DNA of 64,000 bases from Alphaproteobacteria bacterium (GCA_016776635.1 JADHSZ010000005.1:5857-69856), one strand, 5' to 3'. Shown: positions 51,043 to 61,094, numbered from the stretch's first letter. The notes: generated by a model from the sequence alone, not told the origin. Numbers and translations: made by a program.

Positions 51043-51495
51043 TTTCCCGGTCATGGCGTAGGTCAGTACCTGGACCACCTGTTCGGGGGTCTCGGCCACC
51101 GCAAGGGCCGCGCCGTCCACCTCCTTCAGGGCATGGTTGAGGTTTGGGTCATGCAGGGTAATCATGGGCTTGCCCAGGGCGGCGGCCATGCCCGCGTCGA
51201 AGGCGGCGTTCCATTGTTTGTATTTATCCCCGAAGCGCACCACCACCATATCGGCGCGCCGGATCAGGGTCTGGGTGCGGATGGCGTTGACCCCGGCTCC
51301 CTTGCGGTCCTTCCAGAAATCGTTCTCTTCCGCGCCGAGGATGGCGACACCGCAATTATCGCTGTCATCGTGATTGGTTACCGGGGAGACAAAATCGGCG
51401 TCAAGGCCCGCGGCCCGTGCGCCTTCGATGATGCGCTCGCGCCAATCGCTGTGAATCTCGCCGGAGAGATAAACCGTCCATTCCTGCTGTGACAT
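51037..51495 (-). CDS. YtoQ-family protein (nucleoside 2-deoxyribosyltransferase-like fold)
   Basis: TVYLSGEIHSDWR, FGDKYKQWNAAFDAG, HALKE. Same length and motifs as B. subtilis YtoQ. Confidence 0.6.
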   Translation of the reverse strand: MSQQEWTVYLSGEIHSDWRERIIEGARAAGLDADFVSPVTNHDDSDNCGVAILGAEENDFWKDRKGAGVNAIRTQTLIRRADMVVVRFGDKYKQWNAAFDAGMAAALGKPMITLHDPNLNHALKEVDGAALAVAETPEQVVQVLTYAMTGKL

Positions 51496-51652
51496 GGGTG
51501 CCGTTCCCGTTCCTGAATAATTTCATCCCCGGTTTAGAGGATGTGGCGGTGGCGATCAAATCTTAATCTTTTCACAACAGGTTTTATGTTTGATTTACGG
51601 GGCATAACCGTGATGGACCCGTGGCCCGGGATGGCGATAGAATGACTCCCAG

Positions 51653-51697
51653 GATGCCGATCCCTAAGATGCCGATCCCCAAGATACCGATCCTGGG
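51653..51697. repeat. 3 x 15-bp direct repeat (gatRccgatccYYRR) about 50-90 bp upstream of the hypothetical gene at 51746
   Basis: gatgccgatccctaa / gatgccgatccccaa / gataccgatcctggg. Confidence 0.6.
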
Positions 51698-51745
51698 AAA
51701 ATTGGTCCTGAGATGCCGGCTAATCTGTAGCAGCGAGGCGAAGAC

Positions 51746-52111
51746 ATGGCGGAAGAAAAAGAAGACTATCAGTCTCTCATTCAGATAAAACATTTCTTCG
51801 ATGAGTTGGAACAGGGAATCCAGCTCGCCAACCGTGAAATCATCCACAACCGGATCGACACACTGACCAAGGAGAAAATTCTCGGTTTCGCCGTGATCGT
51901 CGGCCGCCTGCGCGGACGCTACCTGGAAGCCGCCTTCAATCTCAGCGCCTCGGAAGACGGCGACCCGCCCGACATGTCGAAAATCGAGGAGCTGCAAGGC
52001 AAGCGGCTGATGTTCGAGGAAGCCAAGCAAGCCTTCGCGGATATTCGCTACGCCATCGAGAAAGGCTATATCGACGTGGACTGGGGGCCCGGGAACAACA
52101 AGGCCGACTAG
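51746..52111 (+). CDS. Hypothetical protein (121 aa)
   Basis: Predicted helical, acidic N-terminus. No recognisable family. Repeat-containing AT-richer upstream region. Confidence 0.4.
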   Translation: MAEEKEDYQSLIQIKHFFDELEQGIQLANREIIHNRIDTLTKEKILGFAVIVGRLRGRYLEAAFNLSASEDGDPPDMSKIEELQGKRLMFEEAKQAFADIRYAIEKGYIDVDWGPGNNKAD

Positions 52112-52123
52112 AACGGTTCAGGG

Positions 52124-53143
52124 CTAACCCTCCATCTCCACCACCACGCGCCCGCGCACCTGACCTTCGAGAATTCGGCGGCCCAGTTCCGGCACCTCTT
52201 CGAGCCGGGCGCTCTGAATCATATTTTCCAGCTTTTCCAACGGCAAGTCCGCGGCCAGACGCGTCCAGGCCCGCCTGCGGCGCTCCATGGCAAGCTGGAC
52301 GCTGTCGATCCCCAAAAGATTGACCCCGCGCAGGAGAAACGGAATGACGGTGGTGGCGAGTTCGCGCCCGCCCACCAGGCCGGTGGCGGCAACGCTGGCG
52401 CCGTGTTTGAGGCTCGCCAGGATGGTCGCCAGCGTGGTTCCGCCCACCGCATCCACGGCCGCCGCCCAGCGTTCGGGAAGAAGGGTTTTTTGCGGCGGCG
52501 TGGAAAGCTCGGTCCGGTCCATAATATGGGCCGCGCCCAGCGTCTTCAGATAGTCATGGGTATCGGCGCGGCCGGTGGAGGCCGTTACCTCGTAGCCCAG
52601 AGCGGCGAGAACGGCCACGGCGATACTGCCGACGCCGCCGGCCGCCCCGGTTACCAGCACCTCGCACTCTCCTTCACCCTTGCCGGGGGCAAGGCCGTGT
52701 TCTTCCAGAACGATCACCGCCTCCATGGCGGTGAGGCCCGCGGTGCCGATGGCCATGGCCTGGCGCGGGGTCAGTGAAGTTGGCAGGGCCACCAGCCAGT
52801 CGGCACGCAGCCGCGCAAAACCGGCAAACCCGCCCCAGGCCCTCTCGCCGATGCCGTATCCCCCGGCGATCACCTTGTCGCCCGGCTTCCACAGGGGAGA
52901 CTCCGATTGCGTCACCTCACCGGCAAGGTCAACACCGGGAATATGGGGATAACGGCGCACCACCTTGCCCAGCCCGGCCATGGCCAGGCCATCCTTATAA
53001 TTGAGGGTGGAACAGGCGATGCGCACCGTGACGTCGGCTCCCTCCGGCGCCGCGGCCATGAGTTCGGCCTCGCTGACCTCGCCGATACGGGAGGTTACCT
53101 CCTCACCTTCCCGCTCCAGGATGAGGGCGCGGAAAGGGTTCAC
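52124..53143 (-). CDS. MDR-family NADPH:quinone/acryloyl-CoA reductase-like oxidoreductase (YhdH/AcuI type)
   Basis: GroES-like N-domain, Rossmann GAAGGVGS motif. 339 aa. Confidence 0.7.
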   Translation of the reverse strand: MNPFRALILEREGEEVTSRIGEVSEAELMAAAPEGADVTVRIACSTLNYKDGLAMAGLGKVVRRYPHIPGVDLAGEVTQSESPLWKPGDKVIAGGYGIGERAWGGFAGFARLRADWLVALPTSLTPRQAMAIGTAGLTAMEAVIVLEEHGLAPGKGEGECEVLVTGAAGGVGSIAVAVLAALGYEVTASTGRADTHDYLKTLGAAHIMDRTELSTPPQKTLLPERWAAAVDAVGGTTLATILASLKHGASVAATGLVGGRELATTVIPFLLRGVNLLGIDSVQLAMERRRRAWTRLAADLPLEKLENMIQSARLEEVPELGRRILEGQVRGRVVVEMEG

Positions 53144-54474
53144 GGATTCTCCCGAAAGCGCACGGGCTCGCCACGGGGATCGCCCTGGATCTCGTCCTCG
53201 CGCATGACCACATGGCCACGGATAATGGTGGCCGACGGCCAGCCCTTCACGGCCATGCCGTCGAAGGGCGTCCAGCCCGCCTTGCTGGCGATCCAGTCGT
53301 TGCCGATGGTGCGTTCCGCCTTCAGGTCCACAAGGGTGAAATCGGCATCGAAACCCGGCGCAATGCTGCCCTTTCCGTCAATGCCGTAGAGTCGCGCCGC
53401 ACCGGCGCTGGTGAGGTCTATGAGGCGCTCCAGCGACAGCCGTCCGGCGTTCATATGGTCGAGCAGCAGCGGCAACAGGGTCTGGACCCCGGTCATGCCC
53501 GCGGGCGACTCGGGATAGGGCCGGGCTTTTTCCTCCAGCGTATGGGGTGCGTGATCGGACCCCACCACGTCCACCAGGCCGTCGGCCACGGCCTGCCACA
53601 AAGCCTCGCGGTGACGGGCCTCGCGGATCGGCGGATTCATCTGGGCAAGGGTGCCAAGCCGGTCATAACAGTCGGGCGCGGCCAGGGTCAGATGCTGGGG
53701 CGTTACCTCGACGGTGGCAATGTCCCGGTGTTTCGCCAGCACCTCCATTTCCTCGGCCGTGGTTACATGGAGCACATGTACCTGCCGTCCCGTCTCGGTG
53801 GCCAGGGCCAGCAACCGCCGGGTGGAGAGCAGCGCCGTCTCCACGTCGCGCCATTCGGGGTGGAGATGAACGGTGGCGCCGTCGACCTCCACCAGGGGAC
53901 GGCGTTCACGCAGGCGGGATTCATCCTCGCTGTGGATGGCGACACGGCGCGAGCCGTTTTCCAGCACCGCGCGCAGCACCTTGTCATCATCCACCAGAAG
54001 ACTACCGGTGGAAGAACCCATGAACACCTTGACCCCGGCGCATCCGGGAAGCCGTTCCAGCCGCGCCAGATCGCCCGCATTTGTTTCCGCCGCGCCCATG
54101 AAAAAGGCGTGATCGCACCAGGCCCGGCCACGAGCCCGCGCCAGCTTGTCGGCAAGGTCTTCCGCGGTAAGGGTGGAGGGGTTGGTGTTGGGCATCTCGA
54201 AGATGCTGGTGACGCCGCCCAGAACTGCCCCGGCGGTTCCGCTCGCCAGGTCTTCCTTATGCTCGAGCCCGGGTTCGCGGAAATGCACCTGGGTGTCGAT
54301 GACACCGGATAACACATGCAGGCCGGTGGCGTCGAAGCGCGCGGGCGCCTCGGCGGTGGAAAAGTCGCCCAGCGCCGACACCTTGCCCCCGGCCACGCCG
54401 ATATCGGCGTCCACAATGCCGCCCTGGGCGGCCACCCGGCCGCCGTGAATGATTAAGTCGTAACGTTCGGTCAT
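53140..54474 (-). CDS. pyrC: Dihydroorotase (class I, about 440 aa)
   Basis: Amidohydrolase metal ligands (VIDTQVHFREPG HxH; downstream His/Asp), 444 aa. Confidence 0.7.
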   Translation of the reverse strand: MTERYDLIIHGGRVAAQGGIVDADIGVAGGKVSALGDFSTAEAPARFDATGLHVLSGVIDTQVHFREPGLEHKEDLASGTAGAVLGGVTSIFEMPNTNPSTLTAEDLADKLARARGRAWCDHAFFMGAAETNAGDLARLERLPGCAGVKVFMGSSTGSLLVDDDKVLRAVLENGSRRVAIHSEDESRLRERRPLVEVDGATVHLHPEWRDVETALLSTRRLLALATETGRQVHVLHVTTAEEMEVLAKHRDIATVEVTPQHLTLAAPDCYDRLGTLAQMNPPIREARHREALWQAVADGLVDVVGSDHAPHTLEEKARPYPESPAGMTGVQTLLPLLLDHMNAGRLSLERLIDLTSAGAARLYGIDGKGSIAPGFDADFTLVDLKAERTIGNDWIASKAGWTPFDGMAVKGWPSATIIRGHVVMREDEIQGDPRGEPVRFRENP

Positions 54475-54560
54475 ATCCCTCTACGCACCATGCCGGGACA
54501 CAGGCCAAAAGAAAAGGCCCAGTTGGCCCTTGGTCTGAGTTTCGGTATAAGCTGCCCCCC

Positions 54561-55061
54561 ATGAGACACGCAATCCTTAGCATTGTGATGGCGGCGAGTC
54601 TTTTGTCGGCCTGTGCCTGGATGGGGCCGGATGTCCGCGTGGACCCGGCACAGAGCCACATGGAAGCCAGGGCCATGCTGGGTATCGACATGTATGGCCG
54701 CGGCGAATTCCTGGAAGCTCTGGACGCCATCCGTCCCTGGGCCGAACAGGGCCATTCCTCGGGTATGGTGCTGATCGCCGGCATGTATTACCAGGGCCGC
54801 GGCGTGGCCAAGAACAATATCAATGCCTATATGTGGGCCGAGTTGGGCGTTATCTACGCCAAGGACGACGAGGAATACGGCAAGGCCATCAAGTTCCGTA
54901 ACGAGATTGCCTCAAGCATGACGGCGCAAGCAATCAACCAGGCCCGCCGCCGCACCAAGGACTGGCAGCCGGGCATGCCCCTGCCTCCCGAGGAGGAGAC
55001 GGATGGTGTTCCGGGCGGAAAAACTGGAAACGGGGAAATGCCCGTGGGAGAGGAAATATGA
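54561..55061 (+). CDS. Sel1-repeat lipoprotein
   Basis: Lipobox LLSAC, Sel1-like repeats (GMYYQGRGVAKNNINAYMW). Confidence 0.5.
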   Translation: MRHAILSIVMAASLLSACAWMGPDVRVDPAQSHMEARAMLGIDMYGRGEFLEALDAIRPWAEQGHSSGMVLIAGMYYQGRGVAKNNINAYMWAELGVIYAKDDEEYGKAIKFRNEIASSMTAQAINQARRRTKDWQPGMPLPPEEETDGVPGGKTGNGEMPVGEEI

Positions 55062-55354
55062 ATCGCGGCATGATCCTCATCGGAGTGCTGTTGGTGGTGT
55101 TCATGATCACCATGATCTATCAGCAACGACAAGGGGTGGAGCGGCCATGGACCCAATGTAAGGAAAGCATGGTGACGCAGATGCTCACCGGCGAATGCAC
55201 GCCCTCCCAGTTCTCCGGCTCCCCCATGCACGGGCCATTGGGGGACATGCCGCAGGGTGAAACGCCGCAGGTGGAAACTCCCGGAAGCGAAATCCCCCGG
55301 GAGGAAATACCCCAAACCGGTGGCTATGAAGGCGGTCAACTGGAGGATATGTAA
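55058..55354 (+). CDS. Small membrane protein with acidic Pro/Glu-rich repeat tail (hypothetical)
   Basis: Start overlaps the upstream stop (ATGA). N-terminal transmembrane helix ILIGVLLVVFMITMI. C-terminal GETPQVETPGSEIPREEIPQ repeats. Confidence 0.35.
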   Translation: MNRGMILIGVLLVVFMITMIYQQRQGVERPWTQCKESMVTQMLTGECTPSQFSGSPMHGPLGDMPQGETPQVETPGSEIPREEIPQTGGYEGGQLEDM

Positions 55355-55361
55355 AGAGCCG

Positions 55362-57131
55362 TCAGCCCTTCGCGCCCAAGCTCTCGAAAACGCCGCCCTG
55401 AGGAGGCAGCCCCTGGATGTGGGCGCGGTGCCACAGGGCATAGAAGAGCAGCGTCCACGCCGCATGACCTGCACGCTTGCGCCCGGCCCTGGCAAAGAGC
55501 GCCGTCACCGCACTTTTGTCACAGAGCGCCGCCACGCCCTGTTGTTGCGCCACCAGAGGCCCCAGCCGCGCGCCCTCACGCGCAATCCATTCGCCCACCG
55601 GTACCGTGAAGCCGCGCTTGCGCGCGAAAGGCTTGGCCTCGGGCAGATGTTGGTCGAGCCAGCGCCGTAAAATCCATTTTCCCAGACCTTTACGTATTTT
55701 CAGGGAATCAGGCAGCCGGAATACGGCATGAGCCACTTCGCGGTCGAGGAAAGGCGTGCGGCCCTCCACCCCGTGATGCATGAGACAGCGGTCGAGCTTA
55801 GCGAGCAGGTCGTTGGGAAGCCAATCGGCGCAGTCGGTGGCCTGGGCGGTCTGTAGTTTCGAGCGCGACCCGTCCTGGGCGTGAATTTCCGCCGCGGCGA
55901 TGCCGTCGCGCCAGCCGCCGGGTTCCCGATTGAAAACGCCCAGCCCATCGAAAATACCACGCGCCCGCATGACCCGCCCGCCAAGCCAGAAGGGACGTAA
56001 GACGCTACGGTATCTGCCGTAACCGGCCAACAGTTCGTCCCCGCCTTCACCGCTGAGCACCACCTTGAGTCCTTCCCCGGCGGCGCTATGGGCTAGTTTA
56101 TAGGTGGGCAGAACGGCGTAATCGGCCGCCGGATCATCCATCGCCGAGGCCAGACGCGGCAGCAGGCCCCAGAAATCGTCCTCGCTGAATTCCACTTCCA
56201 CATGCTCGGCCCCGGTGAGTTTCGCCAGGTGGCGCGCGTGATCGCGTTCGTCCGCGGCGGCGCTTCCGGGAAAGCCCACCGTGAAGGCCCGCACCGGCGT
56301 CTCGTTGACCCGCGCCATCATGGCCAGCAAAGCAGAAGAATCGATGCCGCCGGAGAGAAACATGCCGTAAGGCACGTCGGCGCGCTGGTGGAGGCGCACG
56401 CTGTCTTCCAGCGCGGTATCCAGCCTTTCCAGCGCGGGGCCTTCCTCTATTTCCTCCGGCGGGCCTTCGGGAAGCGCGCTCTGACGCCGGCGCGCCACGA
56501 TACGTCCGCCCTCAACCACCAGTGTTTCTCCGGGGAGAACCCGCATTACCCCCGCCAACGGCGTCTCGCGACCGGTGGAGAACTGGAGCTGTAACAGCTC
56601 GTCGCGGGCAGCGGCGTGTTCGGCCGCGCTCACCAGACCCGCGGCAATCAGCGCCTGGGGCTCCGAGGCAAAAGCCAGCCCCTTCCCTGTCTCCGCGTAA
56701 TAAAGCGGTTTGATGCCGAAGGGGTCGCGGCTCAGTACCAACCGTCCGCGCGCCGGATCGTGCAGGGCGATAGCGTACATGCCGCGCAGATGATCCGCAT
56801 AATCGAGCTCATGGCGCCGATAGAGGGGCAACGGCGTCTCGCAGTCGGAGCCGGTGGCGAAGGCCACGCCACTCAGAGAGTCGCGTAGTTCCACATAGTT
56901 ATAGATTTCGCCATTGGCCACCAGCGCCAGACCGCCATCGCCGTACAGGGGCTGGTCACCGGATTCGAGATCGATAATGGCGAGGCGGGTATGAACCATG
57001 CCCAGATTACCCGCCACATGCCGCCCGCCGCCGTCGGGGCCGCGATGGGCCAGCGCCGCGGCCATGGCATCGAGAATGGCGGGCTCGGCGGAGGCACCGT
57101 CCGGAGTCATGAGACCGGCGATACCGCACAT
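55362..57131 (-). CDS. asnB: Asparagine synthase (glutamine-hydrolysing) family amidotransferase
   Basis: N-terminal MCGIAG Ntn-glutaminase Cys, PP-loop SGGIDSS. Last gene of the glycosyltransferase operon, so it may be a polysaccharide amidotransferase paralogue (WbpS-like) rather than housekeeping AsnB. Confidence 0.8.
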   Translation of the reverse strand: MCGIAGLMTPDGASAEPAILDAMAAALAHRGPDGGGRHVAGNLGMVHTRLAIIDLESGDQPLYGDGGLALVANGEIYNYVELRDSLSGVAFATGSDCETPLPLYRRHELDYADHLRGMYAIALHDPARGRLVLSRDPFGIKPLYYAETGKGLAFASEPQALIAAGLVSAAEHAAARDELLQLQFSTGRETPLAGVMRVLPGETLVVEGGRIVARRRQSALPEGPPEEIEEGPALERLDTALEDSVRLHQRADVPYGMFLSGGIDSSALLAMMARVNETPVRAFTVGFPGSAAADERDHARHLAKLTGAEHVEVEFSEDDFWGLLPRLASAMDDPAADYAVLPTYKLAHSAAGEGLKVVLSGEGGDELLAGYGRYRSVLRPFWLGGRVMRARGIFDGLGVFNREPGGWRDGIAAAEIHAQDGSRSKLQTAQATDCADWLPNDLLAKLDRCLMHHGVEGRTPFLDREVAHAVFRLPDSLKIRKGLGKWILRRWLDQHLPEAKPFARKRGFTVPVGEWIAREGARLGPLVAQQQGVAALCDKSAVTALFARAGRKRAGHAAWTLLFYALWHRAHIQGLPPQGGVFESLGAKG

Positions 57132-58162
57132 TAGAGAGCGACCTTCTTGAAGAATCTCATATAGCGGCCCACCACCACGGATTCGGTAAAATCCTTTTCG
57201 TAGCGCTTGCGCCCGCCCGTAACGAGGTTGCGGATCAGTCCCGGGTTCATACGCAGCCGCTTGATGGCCTCGGCCAAGGCGCGCGGATCATCCACCGGCA
57301 CCAGAAGGCCGCTGCGGTCGTGGCGGATCAGAGCCCCCGGCCCCTCGCTCTGGGTGGCGATCACCGGCACATCGTGGGCCCAGCCTTCGATCACCACATT
57401 GCCCAGAGGCTCGTGGCGCGAGGGACAGATAAGCATGTCCGCCGCCCCGAACAGGGGCGTGGGATCCTCGCACCAGCCCAGGAAACGAACACGGGGCCGC
57501 ACCCCCACCTGTACTGTCAGTTCCTCGAGTTCGGCCCGCAGCGGACCCTCGCCCGCGAGCCAGAGATAGGCATGGGGCAGATCGGCCATGGCCCGGACCA
57601 GCACGTCATAGCCCTTGTTTTCGTGGAGCCGCCCCAGGGCCAGGATCAGCGGCGCTTCCTCCGGCGTGGTGTGGATGGCGCGGGGCAGAGGCTCGGCATC
57701 GCTTGAGGTGACGAAATTGGGCAGATAATGGGCGCGGTCCTCCGGCCAGCCGGAGTCCACTATATAGCGGACGATATCCTTGGTGTTGCCGATGAGGTGG
57801 TCGCAGGCCTGATAGTTCTTCATTTTGTAATAACCGCCGAGCCGCCCCACATGAACGAACGTCCCCTTTGTGGGCGGGCAGAAGCGGGTGGCCCGGTTCA
57901 TCCAGGTCAGCACCACCTGGGGCTTGAGAAGCCCGACGTTGAAGTTGAAACCGAAGCGGGTGCGAATATCCATCATGCCGCCGAAAGGAAGCTCCACCGG
58001 CTCTATCCCCCGTGCGCGAAGAAGCTCGGCGCGAGCGGGATTGCGGCGGATCAGCACCTCCTGCTCCAGCCCGGCATCGTGCAATGCCGGAATCAGGCGC
58101 TCGAAGAACGCCTCAGCGCCGCCATGTTCGGCCCCGGCCATCGCCTGCAATATTCTGGTCAT
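57131..58162 (-). CDS. Glycosyltransferase family 4 (GT-B)
   Basis: E-x7-E-like motif region (PSRHEPLGNVVIEGWAHDVPVIA). 343 aa. Confidence 0.75.
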   Translation of the reverse strand: MTRILQAMAGAEHGGAEAFFERLIPALHDAGLEQEVLIRRNPARAELLRARGIEPVELPFGGMMDIRTRFGFNFNVGLLKPQVVLTWMNRATRFCPPTKGTFVHVGRLGGYYKMKNYQACDHLIGNTKDIVRYIVDSGWPEDRAHYLPNFVTSSDAEPLPRAIHTTPEEAPLILALGRLHENKGYDVLVRAMADLPHAYLWLAGEGPLRAELEELTVQVGVRPRVRFLGWCEDPTPLFGAADMLICPSRHEPLGNVVIEGWAHDVPVIATQSEGPGALIRHDRSGLLVPVDDPRALAEAIKRLRMNPGLIRNLVTGGRKRYEKDFTESVVVGRYMRFFKKVAL

Positions 58163-59208
58163 GGCAGAATCTCCTCAAAAGCCGCCGCCGCCTCGTCCCA
58201 GCCCCAGCTCCGCTGACACTTTAACGATTCTTCGTGGCAGCCGCGCCATAGATCGTCATCACGCAGCAGGGCCACCCCATGGCGGACGAAGTCGGCATCA
58301 TCGCGGGCCACCGCACCGGTGACGCCGTCCACCACCCGTTCCGCCACGCACCCGATGTCCTGGACCACCGCCGGAACGCCCACCGCCTGCGCCTCGCCCA
58401 CGGCAAGACAAAAGGTCTCCCCCACATCGCCGCGATAGAGAAGAACCCGCGAATTGGCCAGTTCCGCGGCCAGTTCCGGCTTCGCCACCGGATCACGCAG
58501 TATCACCCCGCAATCACTTAAGCCACGCGCCTTTTCCAGTACCGGGGCCATGCGCCCGGCATTGGCGTCGCCCACCGCGCCATAGGTGCGGATGCCCGAA
58601 AAGATATGGAGTTCGGCATCGGGCACCTGGGGCCGGATGTCCGCTACCCAGAGATCGAGCAGCCAGTCGAGGGAACGCATGGGATTGGAGGTAAACACCA
58701 CCCGTGGCGGTGGCGGGGTCTTGGCGGAGGTGGCGGTGCGGAAGACTTCGTCGATGCCGTAGGGGATCACGTGACGGTCGCCCGTAGGCACCCAGAAGGG
58801 ACAGGAGGCGGCATGGTGACGGCCCGAAAACACGATCTCCGGCCGCCATTTCAGCAACGGCCATAGATAACGCAGTTTCAGCAGATAGCGCGCCGGGTTG
58901 TGAATCCAGAACACCCGCCGCCGCGCCCGGGGCAGCAGGGGAATGAGGTTATGCCCGCGATTGGCAATATAGAGGTCGGCATCATCGGGGAATTCACCGG
59001 AGTCGAGGGCAGAAGCCAGCGGCGCCCAGTCCACACCGCGATAGCTCAGGGGAGTGTCACAGTTGTTGCGCACGAGAACCTCGTGCCCGCGCGCCGCCAG
59101 GGCATGGGCGAGGCCGATAAAGGCGGATTCCGCGCCGCCAATGGGGGCATTCTCGGGCGTACGGCCATCGAAGCGGATGCCGTCATCGGCCATGACAATA
59201 CGCGCCAT
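58159..59208 (-). CDS. Glycosyltransferase family 4 (GT-B)
   Basis: GETFCLAVGEAQAVGVPAVV motif. Start ATG 59208 overlaps the upstream TGA by 1 nt. The ORF-track extension to 59376 is rejected. Confidence 0.75.
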   Translation of the reverse strand: MARIVMADDGIRFDGRTPENAPIGGAESAFIGLAHALAARGHEVLVRNNCDTPLSYRGVDWAPLASALDSGEFPDDADLYIANRGHNLIPLLPRARRRVFWIHNPARYLLKLRYLWPLLKWRPEIVFSGRHHAASCPFWVPTGDRHVIPYGIDEVFRTATSAKTPPPPRVVFTSNPMRSLDWLLDLWVADIRPQVPDAELHIFSGIRTYGAVGDANAGRMAPVLEKARGLSDCGVILRDPVAKPELAAELANSRVLLYRGDVGETFCLAVGEAQAVGVPAVVQDIGCVAERVVDGVTGAVARDDADFVRHGVALLRDDDLWRGCHEESLKCQRSWGWDEAAAAFEEILP

Positions 59209-60020
59209 CAGTGGTCCCCGGACTCGTCGCCCGAATCCTTGCCCCCAGAATCCTTGCCCCCGGAATCCTCGCCGTGACGGGCCTTGAGATAAGAGAGGAT
59301 GGGAAAGAGACCCGCCAGAAGGGCAACCAGGAACCCCAGTTCGCCCTCGCGGTAACCGCGCCGGCCCACATAGCATTTCCAGAAGCGGGAAAAAATCCGC
59401 CGCAGATTGGCGCCGAAGCTGCCGAGATCACCGGAATCGCGCATATCCAGGGCGCGCGCCGTTGAATAGCTGTCGAGGCGCTTGACCATGTCGGAAATAT
59501 CGCGGTCCACGAAATGCTGAAGCCGGTGTTTCAGGGCCGCGCCTTCCTTGCCGTCGAGAGAGAGAGAGGGATGCACCCGCTGTGCTCCCACCTGTTTCAC
59601 GCCCTTGCGGGTGAGGCCGGGAAAGGCGGAACGGCCGAAGGACGCGCCCCAGCCATAACGCACCAGCCGGTCGCCCACGTAATTGTCTACCGGGATCAGA
59701 TGCCAGTCGGCCTGGGAGGTGGTGATGACTTGGCGGATTTCCACCGCCAGTTCCGTGGTCACCCACTCGTCGGCGTCCACTTCCAGAACCCAGTCACCCT
59801 TGCAGGCGGCGAAGCCCGCATTGCGGCGGTCGCCCTCGAGTTCCCACGACCCTTCCACCAAGCGGCCGGTATAGCGCGCGGCAATGTCCTTGGTGCCGTC
59901 GCTGCAGTCGTCGAGCACCACCACGATCTCGTCGGCGAAGGCCAAACGATCAAGGCAGTCCACGATCCGGTCTTCCTCGTCATGGGCCACCACCAGCGCC
60001 GAAAGTCTGCAGTTGCTCAT
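59208..60020 (-). CDS. Glycosyltransferase family 2
   Basis: ALVVAHDEEDRI, VVLDDCSDGT, DADE (DxD-like) motifs. Ser/Gly/Asp-rich repeat tail. Confidence 0.75.
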   Translation of the reverse strand: MSNCRLSALVVAHDEEDRIVDCLDRLAFADEIVVVLDDCSDGTKDIAARYTGRLVEGSWELEGDRRNAGFAACKGDWVLEVDADEWVTTELAVEIRQVITTSQADWHLIPVDNYVGDRLVRYGWGASFGRSAFPGLTRKGVKQVGAQRVHPSLSLDGKEGAALKHRLQHFVDRDISDMVKRLDSYSTARALDMRDSGDLGSFGANLRRIFSRFWKCYVGRRGYREGELGFLVALLAGLFPILSYLKARHGEDSGGKDSGGKDSGDESGDH

Positions 60021-60104
60021 GGCGTGCTCGCCCCCGGCATTGCGCCGCTTTCACCTGTCATGGAACCCCCCGTCATCGGCGCTATGCTAAACGAAAGTGC
60101 GGGA

Positions 60105-61094
60105 TCACGAAACACCGGCGCCGTCATGGCCGCCCTTTCCACAGCGCGCCCACAGATCGACAGCAGCCGTGATAACGGCATCCACGGAAAGACCGCCCAT
60201 CAATGTTCCCGTGGTGCGATGGTTGAAATCGGGCGCCTCCACCAGTTCCCGGTAGCTCTCCCGGGTGCGCACCACCGCCGCGCGCGGGCCGGAGGGCGCG
60301 TAGTGGAGGTCCTGGCTGGGGCCGAACAGGCCCAGAGTGGGAAGCCCGGCGGCGGCGGCCATATGCATGAGGCCTGAATCGTTGCCGATATAGAAATCAC
60401 AGCGTTCGAGACAGGCATAGGCGGTTGGCAGATCCACACCCCCCATCAGGTCGAGGCATTGCGCCTGCGGCACCGATTCAATGATCGGCGTGGCCGCCAC
60501 GCGTTCGTTCTCGGCGCCGAACAGGGCCACCCGCGCGCCGGGGAAAAGCCCGTCGGCGGCGGTGAGGCAGGCGATAAGTTCGACGAAATTCTCGGGCAAC
60601 CATTGTTTGCCGATCCAGTTGGCGGTGGGACCGATGCCGAGAACGAAGTCTCCCTTTGGCACCAGACCCTGCGCCACTTCTTTGGTTTCGGGGGAAACCT
60701 GGAGGCGCGGCAGAGGCGGTTCGTCGAGCCGCAGCACCTGGGCGATTTCCTGTAAACGGTGCAGGGTGGTGGTGCGGCGTTTGCCGCGGAAGATTCTGCG
60801 CCGCAGAGTGGGCAGGAACCAGGCGATGCCGGTGCCCCGTAAATCCACCACCAGATACCACCAGGACAGGACGCAGCGCAGCCATAACAGCACCCAATGG
60901 CCGACTCCGGCGAATTTACGCAGGGCAATGACCCGCACCACATTGGGCATGGCCGCGAACAGGGGCGCGGGAACCTCGCCGCAGGCCACCGTGATGCGGC
61001 AATCGGGATAACGCTCCGCGAGATGGGCCAGAATCCCGGTGGACAGAACCGCGTCGCCGATACGGGTGGCGGTGATGAAAAGGATGTTTTTCAT
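60105..61094 (-). CDS. Glycosyltransferase family 9 (ADP-heptose:LPS heptosyltransferase-like)
   Basis: ILFITATRIGDAVLSTGIL N-terminal GT9 motif. 329 aa. Confidence 0.75.
   Translation of the reverse strand: MKNILFITATRIGDAVLSTGILAHLAERYPDCRITVACGEVPAPLFAAMPNVVRVIALRKFAGVGHWVLLWLRCVLSWWYLVVDLRGTGIAWFLPTLRRRIFRGKRRTTTLHRLQEIAQVLRLDEPPLPRLQVSPETKEVAQGLVPKGDFVLGIGPTANWIGKQWLPENFVELIACLTAADGLFPGARVALFGAENERVAATPIIESVPQAQCLDLMGGVDLPTAYACLERCDFYIGNDSGLMHMAAAAGLPTLGLFGPSQDLHYAPSGPRAAVVRTRESYRELVEAPDFNHRTTGTLMGGLSVDAVITAAVDLWARCGKGGHDGAGVS

Noticed and set aside
53212-54312. 366-aa plus-strand ORF
   Set aside because: Antisense to pyrC.
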